A stretch of DNA of 64,000 nucleotides, taken from contig DASZME010000083.1 of the NCBI GenBank assembly GCA_035551995.1, positions 61,220 to 125,219 on the forward strand, written 5' to 3'. Position numbers and translations under genes: made by a program. A model generated the notes under the pieces. The model did not search any database and was not told where the DNA came from. It worked only from the letters and a program-made list of their open reading frames with translations. Source of the stretch: Tepidisphaeraceae bacterium. GTDB lineage: Bacteria > Planctomycetota > Phycisphaerae > Tepidisphaerales > Tepidisphaeraceae. This document shows positions 19,935-30,017 of the stretch, piece by piece (within the stretch, counting starts at the first letter, position 1; each line of letters opens with the position of its first letter).

Positions 19935-20117
19935 ATGGATATCATCGATCCCCAAGAGCCGGCGGAGCAATCGCGCGTGGTTGGAGAAGCACATCCCGCG
20001 GCAAGCGATACGCCGAAATGGTTTGGATATATCGCGGTGGGAATTACGCTCGCGTCGACGCTGATCGGCTTGGCGCTGCTGGCGTGGGCGATCCTTTGGC
20101 TCTATCGGCGGTTATAG
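19935..20117 (+). CDS. Hypothetical 60-aa protein with a C-terminal transmembrane helix, between tmk and holB
   Basis: The ATG at 19935 lies 3 nt after the tmk stop. The protein reads MDIIDPQEPAEQSR...WFGYIAVGITLASTLIGLALLAWAILWLYRRL. It fills the tmk-holB gap exactly and ends 4 nt before holB. The ORF is small and no family was recognised. Confidence 0.3.
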   Translation: MDIIDPQEPAEQSRVVGEAHPAASDTPKWFGYIAVGITLASTLIGLALLAWAILWLYRRL

Positions 20118-20121
20118 TTTT

Positions 20122-21150
20122 ATGCCCGGCGTCTTTTTGTTGAGTGACATCTTCGGCCAAACTGACGCCGTCAATTGGCTCCGGCAATCTTACCTTGCCG
20201 ATCGCTTGCCTCACGCGATGGTCTTCGCCGGCCCCGTCGGCGTCGGAAAAGCCGCCACCGCCCGCGCGCTGGCCCGGCTGTTTCTCTGCGAACATCCGAC
20301 AGAGGACCGATCGTGCGGCGTGTGCGATAGCTGCCGGGTGCTGGACGCGGGAAATCATCCGGATTTTCACGTCATCACCAAGGAACTCATTCGCTATCAC
20401 GACAAAACCGGAAAATCCAAGGGAATTTCCCTGTCGATTAACGTCATTCGTCCCGAGGTCATCGAACCCGCGGGGCGCAAGGCGGTCATGGGCCGAGGGA
20501 AGGTTTTTGTGATCGAGCAGGCCGAGTTGATGAATCAGCCGGCGCAAAACGCCCTGCTGAAAACGCTCGAAGAACCGGCCGGCCGGACGCTGATTATCCT
20601 TCTGACCGATCAGCCCACCTCTCTTCTGGCGACCATACGAAGCCGTTGTCAGACGGTGCAATTCGCCACGCTGGACGAGAACCGGGTGAGGAAAGAACTT
20701 GTCGCCCGCGGCATCGACCCGGCGATTGCCGCCGACGCGGCGGCATTGTCGCGCGGATCGCTTGGCATAGCGGTGAAATGGATCGAAGACGACGTGATCG
20801 CGCCCGCTCGCCAGTTGATCGCGATGATTGATCAGCTTTTTTCCGGCCGCCCTCCGGGTGATCTGCCGGCGTGGTTCAAGGCCGCCGCCGATGCGTACGC
20901 GGCCAAGCAGCTCGAGCGCGACGCGCTTTCGAGCAAGGATCAGGCGACCCGCGAGGGCCTGACGCTTTATCTGCTTCTCGCCGGGGAACACATTCGCCGG
21001 CGCATGGCGGAAGGTCCGCCGGAAGATGATTTGGAAGCCGCCTGCTCAGCCATCGACGCCCTCGTGCAGGCGGAGACATTTCTGGATTCGAACGTGAACG
21101 TGTCGCTGATCTTTCAGCAGTTGTCGATGAAACTGGAACGGGCGCATTAG
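20122..21150 (+). CDS. holB: DNA polymerase III delta-prime subunit HolB (AAA+ clamp-loader subunit)
   Basis: The Walker A-like motif is present (HAMVFAGPVGVGKAATARALARLFLCE). A zinc module is present (CGVCDSCRVLDAGNHPDFHVI). The SRC-like motif is present (TIRSRCQTVQF). The tmk-holB linkage is classical. Confidence 0.85.
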   Translation: MPGVFLLSDIFGQTDAVNWLRQSYLADRLPHAMVFAGPVGVGKAATARALARLFLCEHPTEDRSCGVCDSCRVLDAGNHPDFHVITKELIRYHDKTGKSKGISLSINVIRPEVIEPAGRKAVMGRGKVFVIEQAELMNQPAQNALLKTLEEPAGRTLIILLTDQPTSLLATIRSRCQTVQFATLDENRVRKELVARGIDPAIAADAAALSRGSLGIAVKWIEDDVIAPARQLIAMIDQLFSGRPPGDLPAWFKAAADAYAAKQLERDALSSKDQATREGLTLYLLLAGEHIRRRMAEGPPEDDLEAACSAIDALVQAETFLDSNVNVSLIFQQLSMKLERAH

Positions 21151-21201
21151 TGAATTCGACTGGAAGTTGTTCAATTGATGGAAATACCCGGCGACATTTA
21201 G

Positions 21202-22284
21202 TTACAAAACCGAATGTTCCATCGACCGATCTCGCAGAATTTGTGCGATCTTCACATGAGGACGCGGCAGCGGGATATGATCCATTTCATTCAACGTCAT
21301 CCAACGGCGCGAAGGCACGCCGGTGACCGTGGTGGCTTCACGCCAATCGCAAATGAAGACCTCGAATTGATAGCGGCGATGTGTCAGAGTGTGCGAGATC
21401 GACATGACCTTCTCCGGCGTTGTCGTTGATGCAAGAGGCCCAATCGATTTCGTTAGATCGGCTTCCGCCGGAATCGTGATGAACTGCCACATGCCGGCCC
21501 AGCGTCCTGTCGGCGGGCGTTGTTCAATGAGCCAGCGGTCGCCGTGACGGATGCAGTAGGTGCGTCGCAGAAGCAGGGGCGTTTGCTTTGCCGTCCGGGG
21601 CGCGGGAATTTTTTCCTGTAAGCCCGCCGCGAATGCCCGGCAATGTTCACGGACCGGGCAGAGCAAACATTGCGGACTGCGCGGTGTGCATACGGTGGCG
21701 CCGAGTTCCATCAGCGCGGAATTGAAATCGCCAAGCCGTTTATGCGGGAGGATTTCTTCGGCTCGTTTCCAGAGTTGTTCGCGCGTTTTCGGATCGCGCG
21801 GATCGGTTTGGATTAAATCGAGTCGGCAAAGGACGCGCTGGACATTGCCGTCGAGGATCGGCGCGCGCCGGTCGTAGGCGAGGGATGATATCGCCCCGGC
21901 GGTGTATCGGCCGACGCCGGGCAGGGTTTGGAGAATGTCGATCGATCGCGGAAGCTCGCCGCCGTGGTCGCGGAGGATGAGTTTCGCCGCCGCCTGCAGA
22001 TTGCGGGCGCGCGAGTAGTATCCCAGGCCTTGCCACGATCGCAGCACCTGCTGTTCGTCGGCTTGCGCCAACGCGGCAAGTGTCGGAAACTGAAGCAGGA
22101 AGCGATGGAAATAGGGAATGACCGTGGCGACCTGCGTCTGCTGAAGCATCGTTTCGCTGATGAGCACGAGGTACGGATCGGGAAGCGATCGCGAGCCGAT
22201 TTCGACACGCCAGGGCAGCGATCGGCGGGCGCGGTCGTACCAGCGAAGAAGACGTCGCGTAAAGGTTGGATCGGGGGCCGGCAT
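21202..22284 (-). CDS. mutY: A/G-specific adenine DNA glycosylase MutY
   Basis: The HhH-GPD motifs are present (DPYLVLISETMLQQTQVATVIPYFHRF ... LPGVGRYTAGAI). The 4Fe-4S cluster loop is present (CTPRSPQCLLCPVREHC). A C-terminal NUDIX-like domain is present. Confidence 0.9.
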   Translation of the reverse strand: MPAPDPTFTRRLLRWYDRARRSLPWRVEIGSRSLPDPYLVLISETMLQQTQVATVIPYFHRFLLQFPTLAALAQADEQQVLRSWQGLGYYSRARNLQAAAKLILRDHGGELPRSIDILQTLPGVGRYTAGAISSLAYDRRAPILDGNVQRVLCRLDLIQTDPRDPKTREQLWKRAEEILPHKRLGDFNSALMELGATVCTPRSPQCLLCPVREHCRAFAAGLQEKIPAPRTAKQTPLLLRRTYCIRHGDRWLIEQRPPTGRWAGMWQFITIPAEADLTKSIGPLASTTTPEKVMSISHTLTHRRYQFEVFICDWREATTVTGVPSRRWMTLNEMDHIPLPRPHVKIAQILRDRSMEHSVL

Positions 22285-22372
22285 GGTTGAAATCTTATCC
22301 TTGCATGTCGTTTGAAGGTCGTTAAAATAATTGCTCGCATTACAAAACGATTGAAGTTGACATGGAGGTCAA

Positions 22373-22618
22373 TTGGAGAAACTGCATTTCATGGAGGATC
22401 CAATGCGCCGTCCACACGTCGATGATGTCGTGCGTCTCATTCGCGATATACCCGAATTGTCGCTGACGCGCGGCGACCTGGGAATCGTGCGAAGCACGTG
22501 GTTCGCCCCCACGGTCGCTTACGAAGTGGAATTTAACCGGCCTGGCCTTAGCTACCAGACCCGTGCATTGCTGCTGGAAGAGCAGGTTCAGATCGACGCA
22601 AGGCCCGCTCCCGAATGA
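22373..22618 (+). CDS. DUF4926-family small protein
   Basis: The sequence VVRLIRDIPELSLTRGDLGIVRSTWFAPTVAYEVEFNRPG matches the DUF4926 pattern, a hydrophobic beta-hairpin around RGDxGTVV...YEVEF. The start may be the ATG at 22391 (MEDPMRR). Confidence 0.55.
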   Translation: MEKLHFMEDPMRRPHVDDVVRLIRDIPELSLTRGDLGIVRSTWFAPTVAYEVEFNRPGLSYQTRALLLEEQVQIDARPAPE

Positions 22619-22672
22619 ACTGATCGAGCGCGTAAATTTTGAGAGCGACGTTGAGGTCGCCAGAGCGTTCCC

Positions 22673-22742
22673 GCGTTTAGCGGCCGCGCTTGCGGGGCGT
22701 GTGTCGCGATCGAAGTTCGCGCCACCAACATGGAAAATGCGC
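22673..22742. repeat. Family-B REP-like repeat, copy B2 (about 70 bp)
   Basis: The sequence is gcgtttagcggccgcgcttgcggggcgtgtgtcgcgatcgaagttcgcgccaccaacatggaaaatgcgc. It aligns nearly base-for-base with B3 at 24647 and with inverted B4 at 38764. Confidence 0.5.
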
Positions 22743-22991
22743 CCGGGTTCGTAATCGGACGAGCATTCCACTCAGTCGAGTCGGCAAATGCGTCGATAAC
22801 TCATGAGACCGGCGTTTTCGCGCTTGAGAAAATTGCGTTCCTCGTGAACGCAATTCATTAGCCGCGGGCGAAAGTCCCGGTTTTTTCGTGATCGCACAGC
22901 GCCGAACATCTGTCGCTCCGCGGCTGTAATATCATTTGCATCGTCCGTCGCTCCTTGTTTGGGCGTCGTTTTCTGACCTTCCGGCAAACGT

Positions 22992-24302
22992 ATGCACCTT
23001 GGATTGCTCTGCCAAATCCCAACGCGCGTCTTCTCGGCTGACCAAGTCCTGGCCAACTATATTTACGTTTTTTTCACGGCCTTTCTGGTGTCGTTCTTCT
23101 GTACGCCGGCCATGCGTGTCGTGGCGATCCATTTCGGGATGGTCGATCGCCCCGATCTGGTTCGCAAAATACATCGGGCGCCGGTGGCGTATCTGGGCGG
23201 AGTGGCGGTGTTCTTCGCGTGGCTCTGCGGGTTGTTCGTGAGCCAGTTCATGATGCTGCATCGCATCGATCCCGGCTGGCCAGTCGATCGTGGCGTCGCT
23301 CATCCGATTGTACCGTTCAGCATCGTGATGGGAGCGGTCGTCATCGTCACCCTCGGTTTGGTGGACGATGCACGCGGCCTCAAACCCGGCGTGAAAATCT
23401 CCGGGCAGATCCTGGCGGCTATTTTTCTTCTTGGCGACGGCATCGGCATCGACGCCACCCGCCCGCTGCTTCAAGCCTTCAGCGGCCATGTAACCCACTT
23501 CGTCGGCTACGCTGGAAACCCGAGTTTGCTGAGTCCCGACTGGCTGGTATACGTCACCAGCGGGTTGGTGGTGATCGCCATCGTGGTCGGATGCTGCAAC
23601 GCGTCCAACCTCATGGACGGTCTTGACGGACTTTGCGGCGGAGTGACCGCCATTATCGCCCTGGGATTTTTGATCGTCGCCACCCAATTGGCCATGGTCG
23701 GCGGCGGTATCAACACCAATCGCGACGCCATTCGCGTGATAATGGCGCTGGCGCTTCTCGGCGCCGTTCTCGGATTTATCCCGTATAACTTCAATCCCGC
23801 CAGCATCTTTATGGGCGATACCGGAAGCATGTTTCTAGGGTTCGCCTGTGCCGCGATGATGATCGAAATGTCCCACGAGCATTCCAAATGGTTCCTGGCG
23901 TCGATGGTGATGTTCGCGTTGCCGATTCTAGATACGTCGCTAGCGTTCGCGCGCCGATATCTTAACGGACGGCCCCTGTTCAGCGCCGATCGGCAACATA
24001 TTCACCACCAGCTACTGGCCCGCGGGCTAACGATCAATCAAGCCGTGCTGGCGAGCTATGCGCTGGCCATCGTTTTTGGCGTGCTCGGAACATCCATGCT
24101 GTTTATGCGGACGCGCTATGCCATCGCGTTATATCTGGTGATCTTCGGTTACCTGATCGTGATGGCCTATAAGATCGGCATGGTTCACGAACGCGTTCAG
24201 AAGTCCGACGCATCGAGCATAAAAGACCAGTCGGCCGAGTCGTTCAGGCCCGACATTCGCCCGGCGACCACGCTGGAAGTCGGCGCACTGAAATTGAACT
24301 GA
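22992..24302 (+). CDS. Polyprenyl-phosphate sugar-1-phosphate transferase of the MraY/WecA family (GT4 phospho-N-acetylhexosamine transferase)
   Basis: The protein is polytopic. Family motifs are present: NASNLMDGLDGLCGG and IFMGDTGSMFLGF. The cytoplasmic loop reads ILDTSLAFARRYLNGRPLFSADRQHIHHQL. Whether it is a wecA or an mraY paralogue cannot be decided from sequence alone. Confidence 0.8.
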   Translation: MHLGLLCQIPTRVFSADQVLANYIYVFFTAFLVSFFCTPAMRVVAIHFGMVDRPDLVRKIHRAPVAYLGGVAVFFAWLCGLFVSQFMMLHRIDPGWPVDRGVAHPIVPFSIVMGAVVIVTLGLVDDARGLKPGVKISGQILAAIFLLGDGIGIDATRPLLQAFSGHVTHFVGYAGNPSLLSPDWLVYVTSGLVVIAIVVGCCNASNLMDGLDGLCGGVTAIIALGFLIVATQLAMVGGGINTNRDAIRVIMALALLGAVLGFIPYNFNPASIFMGDTGSMFLGFACAAMMIEMSHEHSKWFLASMVMFALPILDTSLAFARRYLNGRPLFSADRQHIHHQLLARGLTINQAVLASYALAIVFGVLGTSMLFMRTRYAIALYLVIFGYLIVMAYKIGMVHERVQKSDASSIKDQSAESFRPDIRPATTLEVGALKLN

Positions 24303-24646
24303 AGAACGGATATCCCCAGCGCGGCCTCCGACCGCAACCAAGGGCCCGAACCACGGATTACACGGATTGACATGGATGGGAAAGAAAGTTCGTCCTTTTC
24401 ACCATGAAATTCACTGCAATCCGAGGGCACTGTTCCAAGGCCTGAAAAAATCTTGTCGCCACACAAGGAAATGAGCGGATTGTATTACGAAGGGCACGAA
24501 GAAGAGGTGATTTTGAAAAAGCGCGTCTCTTGATGTATCCTGTCGTTCTTCCATTCTTTCAAGGACGTAACCTCTTGCGACTGCCAAATGGGCAATAATT
24601 GTGGTGGGCTCATCGAACGTTCTTCGGGTTGCCGGAGCGTTTGTGC

Positions 24647-24714
24647 GTTTAGCGGCCCCGCTTGCGGGGCGTCTTTCGCGACCCAAGTTCGCGACGCCCA
24701 CATGAAAAATACGT
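24647..24714. repeat. Family-B REP-like repeat, copy B3
   Basis: The sequence is gcgtttgtgcgtttagcggccccgcttgcggggcgtctttcgcgacccaagttcgcgacgcccacatgaaaaatacg. It has the same orientation as B2, so the wecA-like gene is flanked by direct copies. Confidence 0.5.
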
Positions 24715-24959
24715 TGAAACCCGATCGGTCGATTCTATTGCCCGGCCTTCGGCGAACCGATTCTACATTCAGGCGGCGTCGTTAAATCGTGCGCCGCTAA
24801 AATTCAGCGTCGTAAAATGGCGCTAGACGGCACAATCGCCGTACCCGCGACTTTCGGCGTCGATGCCGCTATTTTATGGGACAGTGAATTGGAACCGTTG
24901 GCTCGGCGAGTAAATTCGCCATTGCCCCGCCAACCTCGACCGAACGGAGATGTAATTAC

Positions 24960-26315
24960 ATGGACGTGACAGTGATCGGCTGCGGCTACGTTGGACTCGT
25001 CACCGGCACCTGCCTGGCCAGCATCGGCCATACGGTCCGCGGCGTGGAAAAAGACCTCAAGAAACTCAAGACGCTTCAAGACGGCCATTGCCCCATCTTC
25101 GAGCCCGGCTTGCAGGAGTTGATGCAGGAGCATTATGCCGCCGGACAATTGCAATTCACCGACAACGTGAAGATGGCCGTCAAGGACGCCGAGGTGGTTT
25201 ATCTCGCCGTCGGCACCCCCTCCAAGGCCGACGGCACGGTCGATATGAGCTATCTCGAAGCGGCCGGCAAGGAAGTGTGCGACGCCCTGGCCGCCAATGA
25301 GAGCGATTACCTGGTGACGATCGTCGTCAAATCGACCGTTCCCGCCGGGACCAATCGCAAGCTTTATAAATTCCTGAAGGAGCAGACCAAGGCGCACGTG
25401 CAGGTCGTTTCCAACCCCGAGTTTTTGCGCGAAGGGTCGGCGGTCCAGGATTTCCTCGAGCCCGACCGCATCGTCATCGGCGGCGAAAGTCCCGAAGCCT
25501 TCCGCATGATGCGCCGCCTGTACGATCCGATCGTGAAGCGAGAAGAAGCCTTCATGACGATGAACTGGGAATCGGCCGAGCTGACCAAGTACGCCGCCAA
25601 TTCGATGCTGGCCGCCCGCATTTCGTTCATGAACGAAATGACGATCCTGTGCGAATATTACAACGCCGACGTCGAGGACATCCGCAAAGGCATCGGCTCG
25701 GATTTCCGAATCGGCCCGGCCTTCCTGAAAGCCGGCTGCGGCTACGGCGGATCGTGCTTCCCCAAAGACGTGGCCGCGATGGAGCACATCTCCAAAACCG
25801 CCGGCCACGAAAGCCTTTTCGTGCATGCTATTCAGGAAACCAACCGCAATCAGAAGCGACGTTTCGCCGAAAAGATCGCCGCGAAACTCGGCCGTCCGAT
25901 CAATGGCGCCACGATTGCCGTCTGGGGCCTGGCGTTCAAAGCCGACACGGATGACGTTCGTGAATCCGCCGCCATCGACGTGATCCGCTATCTGGTCGAT
26001 CATGGCGCCCGCGTCCGCGCCCACGATTTCAAGGCGACGGAGAACATGAAGATGTTGTTCAACGACGACAGCATCGAATGGTGCCAAGACCCGGTGTCGG
26101 CGGCCGTCGGTTCCGATGCGGTGGCGTTGATTACCGATTGGCCGCAGTACACGACGCTGCCGTTCCGCAAGATCGCGGCGACGATGAATCAGCCCTTGAT
26201 TTTCGACGGGCGGAACTGTCTGCATCGCGACGTGATGCGGGAGAGCGGGTTTCAGTATTATCCGATCGGAAGGCCGTGCGTGGAGAATGCGCTGAGGCTA
26301 AAGACGCGGATTTGA
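24960..26315 (+). CDS. ugd: UDP-glucose 6-dehydrogenase (UDP-glucose/GDP-mannose dehydrogenase family)
   Basis: The N-terminal Rossmann fold is present (MDVTVIGCGYVGLVTGTCLA). The catalytic Cys region is present (GYGGSCFPKDVAAM). The family length is typical at 451 aa. Confidence 0.9.
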   Translation: MDVTVIGCGYVGLVTGTCLASIGHTVRGVEKDLKKLKTLQDGHCPIFEPGLQELMQEHYAAGQLQFTDNVKMAVKDAEVVYLAVGTPSKADGTVDMSYLEAAGKEVCDALAANESDYLVTIVVKSTVPAGTNRKLYKFLKEQTKAHVQVVSNPEFLREGSAVQDFLEPDRIVIGGESPEAFRMMRRLYDPIVKREEAFMTMNWESAELTKYAANSMLAARISFMNEMTILCEYYNADVEDIRKGIGSDFRIGPAFLKAGCGYGGSCFPKDVAAMEHISKTAGHESLFVHAIQETNRNQKRRFAEKIAAKLGRPINGATIAVWGLAFKADTDDVRESAAIDVIRYLVDHGARVRAHDFKATENMKMLFNDDSIEWCQDPVSAAVGSDAVALITDWPQYTTLPFRKIAATMNQPLIFDGRNCLHRDVMRESGFQYYPIGRPCVENALRLKTRI

Positions 26316-26412
26316 TTTTGGCGATCGATCGACCGCCCATCCATATTGAACATCTGCCAAACGGCGTGCCGGCCGTCCCGCTTTTTCTTTTGAAAAAGTG
26401 CCCTGTCTGACT

Positions 26413-26830
26413 AGTTCACGCGAAGAACGGCTTCCGTGTGGTCAGGATTGGCGCCAATGGTGAACCGGTTTTGTGCTCGTTTTGGAACGATATACCCTCT
26501 GATAAAATTCGTCTGCAGCAATTAGGCGGAGTATGCCCGAGTCGTTTCACGGATCCTTTAGGTCTTCAAAATGTCCAGTAAGCACCCGAAGGAATTCCTT
26601 TCTCCGCAAAATTTCATCAAGATCTTTCTTAGCGATTGTGAATTCTTTCCAACACGCAACCGTCCAGCGCGGCCGGTCTCGGACTAATTTCGATTTTTCT
26701 TACGCTCTTCGGAAGCGGATTGCTCAATACGCCTTCGAAATTATTTGACCACGCTTGGGCGACCATTTCATCCACTTGGCTTCGTCGATAAGTCGGGTAA
26801 ACCAATATTGGGAAAATGCAGAGCGCCGCC
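26413..26830 (-). pseudogene. Possible degraded gene remnant (frameshift plus in-frame TGA) inside an AT-rich island upstream of rnr
   Basis: The GC content drops clearly between about 26520 and 26830. On the minus strand, one frame reads ...YPTYRRSQVDEMVAQAWSNNFEGVLSNPLPKSVRKIEISPRPAALDGCVLERIHNR* and stops at 26629. The +1 frame continues protein-like as WKEFTIAKKDLDEILRRKEFLRVLTGHFEDLKDP*NDSGILRLIAADEFYQRVYRSKTSTKPVHHWRQS*. That is 81 codons with one internal TGA in AT-rich DNA. No start codon or family was recognised. Confidence 0.25.
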
Positions 26831-27293
26831 GATCCTACGTTAAACGAATTTCGGCTGGACCGAACCAGCAAACCCACGGTTAACGCTGTCGGCGCCCGCA
26901 ACACCAGCGGTACACGCCTGCCCGCACGAGCCGGTGAAACGACGGCCACGGTTAGGCGTGTGCCCATTCGGCCAGCCCGTGCGTGATCGGGTTGTAGTCC
27001 AGACCGCGTGGAGATGATCGGGGCGGCACAACAGCATCAATCTCCAACAGCGCCACCGCCCGGCACGAGTCGATCGGGCCGCGAGTCCCAGCAGCGAGAG
27101 CGACGTAAATCTCACGATCTCTTGCTTTTGGTCGGGGCGCAGCTTAAGCTGCATGTCAAGAACGCCGAATCATCATCTGGGATCGTGAATCTCTAAGCTC
27201 ACATCAGACGTTGACAGTATTCCCGAAATTTACTCACGCTCGCCCGATGGATTCGGGCCGCAAACACGCACTTTGTTGCGTTGAAGAATTGTT

Positions 27294-29684
27294 ATGGTCG
27301 AACCTATCCAACACAAAATCCTTTCACATCTCCAATCCGAAGAATATCGCCCCAAGCGTCCTCGCCTCCTGGCCAAGGAACTTGATCTGGGCGGCGAGGA
27401 ACATTATCCGACGTTTCGCGACGCGCTACGGCAACTCATGCACGAAGGCCGCGTGGTGCTTGGGGCGGCGGGAACGCTGATGCTGCCGGGCGCGGGGGCG
27501 CGGGACGAATTTGTCGGCGCCTACCGCCATAACAAGCGCGGGTTTGGCTTTGTCGTGCCGAGCGATCCGGGGAGCCATGAAGATTTGTTCGTACCCGAGG
27601 GGCAGAACGGCGGCGCCATTACCGGCGACGTCGTGCGGGCGAAGATCGTCAACCGCAGCCAAAAGGGCGGGAAAACGCTTTACAACGGGCGCATCGTCGA
27701 CATCCTTCAGCGAACGCAAAAGCGATTCTGCGGGACGCTCATCAAAAAGGGGGTCGAGTGGATGGTGTTGCCGGACGGCAATACGTTCACGGAGCCGATC
27801 ATGACGCCCGACGCCGCCGCCCGGCATATTAAGCCGGGGACGAAGGTGGTTGTCGAGCTGACAAGCTTTCCGGTGAATTTCGAGCCGGCCGTCGGCGTTA
27901 TCACCGAGGCGCTGGGCGAAGCGGGAGAAAAAGACGTCGATCTTAGGGCCGTGATCGTTCAGCACAATCTGCCCGAGCAGTTCCCGGAGGAGGTGCTCGA
28001 CCAGGCCCGCCAATCGATCGATCAATTTAATCCCGAAGAAGAGCGTAATCGGCGGGTCGATCTCACCGAAGAAGTCATCTGCACCATCGATCCCGACGAC
28101 GCCAAAGACTACGACGACGCCATCAGTCTTCGACAACTTCCCAGCGGCTTGTGGGAACTTGGCGTGCATATCGCCGACGTGTCTTACTTTGTTCCGGCCG
28201 GCACGAAATTGGATGAAGAAGCCTATGAACGCGCGAACAGTTGTTACTTCCCCGGCTTTGTCATTCCGATGCTGCCGGAGATTTTGAGCAATGGCGTTTG
28301 CTCGTTGCAGGAAGGCGTGCCGCGGCTGTGCAAGAGCGCCTTCATTACCTACGACGACAATGCGATGCCGGTCTCGAGCCGATTTGAAAACACGATCATC
28401 AAGAGCCGGCGTCGGCTGCGATACAAGGAAGCCCAGGCGATCCTCGACAACGAAACGACAATCCCGCATCCGGACGGCCCGAAGAATGTCGCGGAATATC
28501 CGCCGGAGGTGGTCGAGCATCTGCATCAGATGAACGCGCTGGCAAAACGATTGCAAAAACGCCGGCATCATCAGGGTCAGATCGTGCTGGGTTTGCCGGA
28601 GGTTGATCTGGTTTTGGACGAGAACGGAAAGGTGATCGATGCGGTGAAGGAAGACGAAAGCTTCACGCATACGCTGATCGAGATGTTCATGGTGGAAGCC
28701 AATGAGGCCGTCGCCCGGCTGTTGGATTCGCTCGATGTTCCTTTCATACGACGAACGCATCCGGAGCCGGAGATGCTCGACTCGGAAAAGCTGCGATCGT
28801 TCGTTCACGTCAGCGGCTTTAAGCTGCCCAAGCAACTGGATCGCAAGGCGATTCAGACGTTGCTTGCGGCGGTGAAAGGAAAGCCCGAATCGTTCGCGAT
28901 CAACCTGGCCGTGTTAAAGAGCCTGACGCGGGCGGAATATTCGCCGCAGCCGCTGGGGCATTACGCGCTGGCCAGCGAGCATTATTGCCATTTCACCTCG
29001 CCGATCCGCAGGTACGCGGATTTGACGGTGCATCGTCTGCTCGACGCCTACTTCGCCGCCCGTGAATCCGGCCCAAATCCCGGCGGCCGAAAGAAAACTA
29101 AAATCGATCCGGAGTCGATCCCAAGCTTCGACAAGCTGGTCGAGATCGGCCGGCATCTGTCGTTCAACGAACGCCGCGCCGACGACGCCGAGCGCGAGCT
29201 TCGGCAAGTGAAGCTGCTCGAGCTTCTCAAAAATCAAATTGGCGAAGAATTCACCGGCGTGGTCACCAGCATCGCCAACTTCGGCATCTTCGTGCAGATC
29301 GAGAAATATCTCGTCGATGGCCTGATCCGCTACGAAAATCTCATGGACGACTGGTGGGAGGTAGACGTTAAGACCGGCGTAGTCCGCGGCCAGCGCACCG
29401 GCACAAAAATCGGCATCGGGGATCAGGTGATGGTCTACATCGTCCGCGTAGACGTCGCCCGGCGCGAGCTGGATCTTGCCATCTCAAAAGTTCTCGGCCG
29501 GGCAAGGAAGGGCGCGACGGGAGAATCGACGGAGGCTACTCCTCCGCCGTCCGGCAAGAAGGGGAAAGGGAAGAAGGATCATCGGACAGGTCCGCGCGGG
29601 CAGAAGTCTGGTGGGCGGGAAAAGCCACAAACGGGTAGTGGGAAGCCGCGGAAGGGTGGGCCGGGAAAACGGCGCGGACGCTAA
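27294..29684 (+). CDS. rnr: Ribonuclease R (RNB-family 3'-5' exoribonuclease) with S1 domain and Lys/Arg/Gly-rich C-terminal tail
   Basis: Cold-shock-like N-terminal domains are present. The RNB catalytic region is present (HYALASEHYCHFTSPIRRYADLTVHRLL). The S1 domain is present (FTGVVTSIANFGIFVQIEKYLVDGLIRYENL). The basic tail is present (KKGKGKKDHRTGPRGQKSGGREKPQTGSGKPRKGGPGKRRGR). Confidence 0.9.
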   Translation: MVEPIQHKILSHLQSEEYRPKRPRLLAKELDLGGEEHYPTFRDALRQLMHEGRVVLGAAGTLMLPGAGARDEFVGAYRHNKRGFGFVVPSDPGSHEDLFVPEGQNGGAITGDVVRAKIVNRSQKGGKTLYNGRIVDILQRTQKRFCGTLIKKGVEWMVLPDGNTFTEPIMTPDAAARHIKPGTKVVVELTSFPVNFEPAVGVITEALGEAGEKDVDLRAVIVQHNLPEQFPEEVLDQARQSIDQFNPEEERNRRVDLTEEVICTIDPDDAKDYDDAISLRQLPSGLWELGVHIADVSYFVPAGTKLDEEAYERANSCYFPGFVIPMLPEILSNGVCSLQEGVPRLCKSAFITYDDNAMPVSSRFENTIIKSRRRLRYKEAQAILDNETTIPHPDGPKNVAEYPPEVVEHLHQMNALAKRLQKRRHHQGQIVLGLPEVDLVLDENGKVIDAVKEDESFTHTLIEMFMVEANEAVARLLDSLDVPFIRRTHPEPEMLDSEKLRSFVHVSGFKLPKQLDRKAIQTLLAAVKGKPESFAINLAVLKSLTRAEYSPQPLGHYALASEHYCHFTSPIRRYADLTVHRLLDAYFAARESGPNPGGRKKTKIDPESIPSFDKLVEIGRHLSFNERRADDAERELRQVKLLELLKNQIGEEFTGVVTSIANFGIFVQIEKYLVDGLIRYENLMDDWWEVDVKTGVVRGQRTGTKIGIGDQVMVYIVRVDVARRELDLAISKVLGRARKGATGESTEATPPPSGKKGKGKKDHRTGPRGQKSGGREKPQTGSGKPRKGGPGKRRGR

Positions 29685-30017
29685 GTTGGGGTCGAAAAAG
29701 CTTCTCGGTCTGGGCCAAAAATTCGACCTCGAATCTCGTCTGCCTGTGCCCGGCGCTGGCCTTGGGTTCCACGAGATCGACCGCGCGGCCGTTGATCGCT
29801 TGCCAGTCGCTGATCTTCTGAGCGTCGCGGCGTCAATCTTGCGGAGTTGTGACAACGCTTCGGCTTTCGAAACGTGTTGATACACGGCTACGGTCAAGTC
29901 GATCACGCCAAGACGCGGGATATCGTCCAGAGTGAGTTGCCGATCCTTCGCGGCGAACTGGGTGAGTTGCTTCGGTGAGGAAGCCGCTCGCGGGGAATGC
30001 AAGGGAGAGCGAGGCGA

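Noticed and set aside
22932-23687. 251-aa minus-strand ORF overlapping the start of the WecA/MraY-family gene
   Set aside because: It is His/Asp/Arg-rich antisense translation. The plus-strand transferase carries the family motifs.
24804-26225. 473-aa minus-strand ORF overlapping ugd
   Set aside because: It is an antisense shadow ORF of a high-GC gene, with Arg/Gly/Ala-rich composition and no motifs. The plus-strand UDP-glucose dehydrogenase has full family signatures.
27426-28835. 469-aa minus-strand ORF antisense to rnr
   Set aside because: It is a shadow ORF. The RNase R RNB and S1 domains are on the plus strand.
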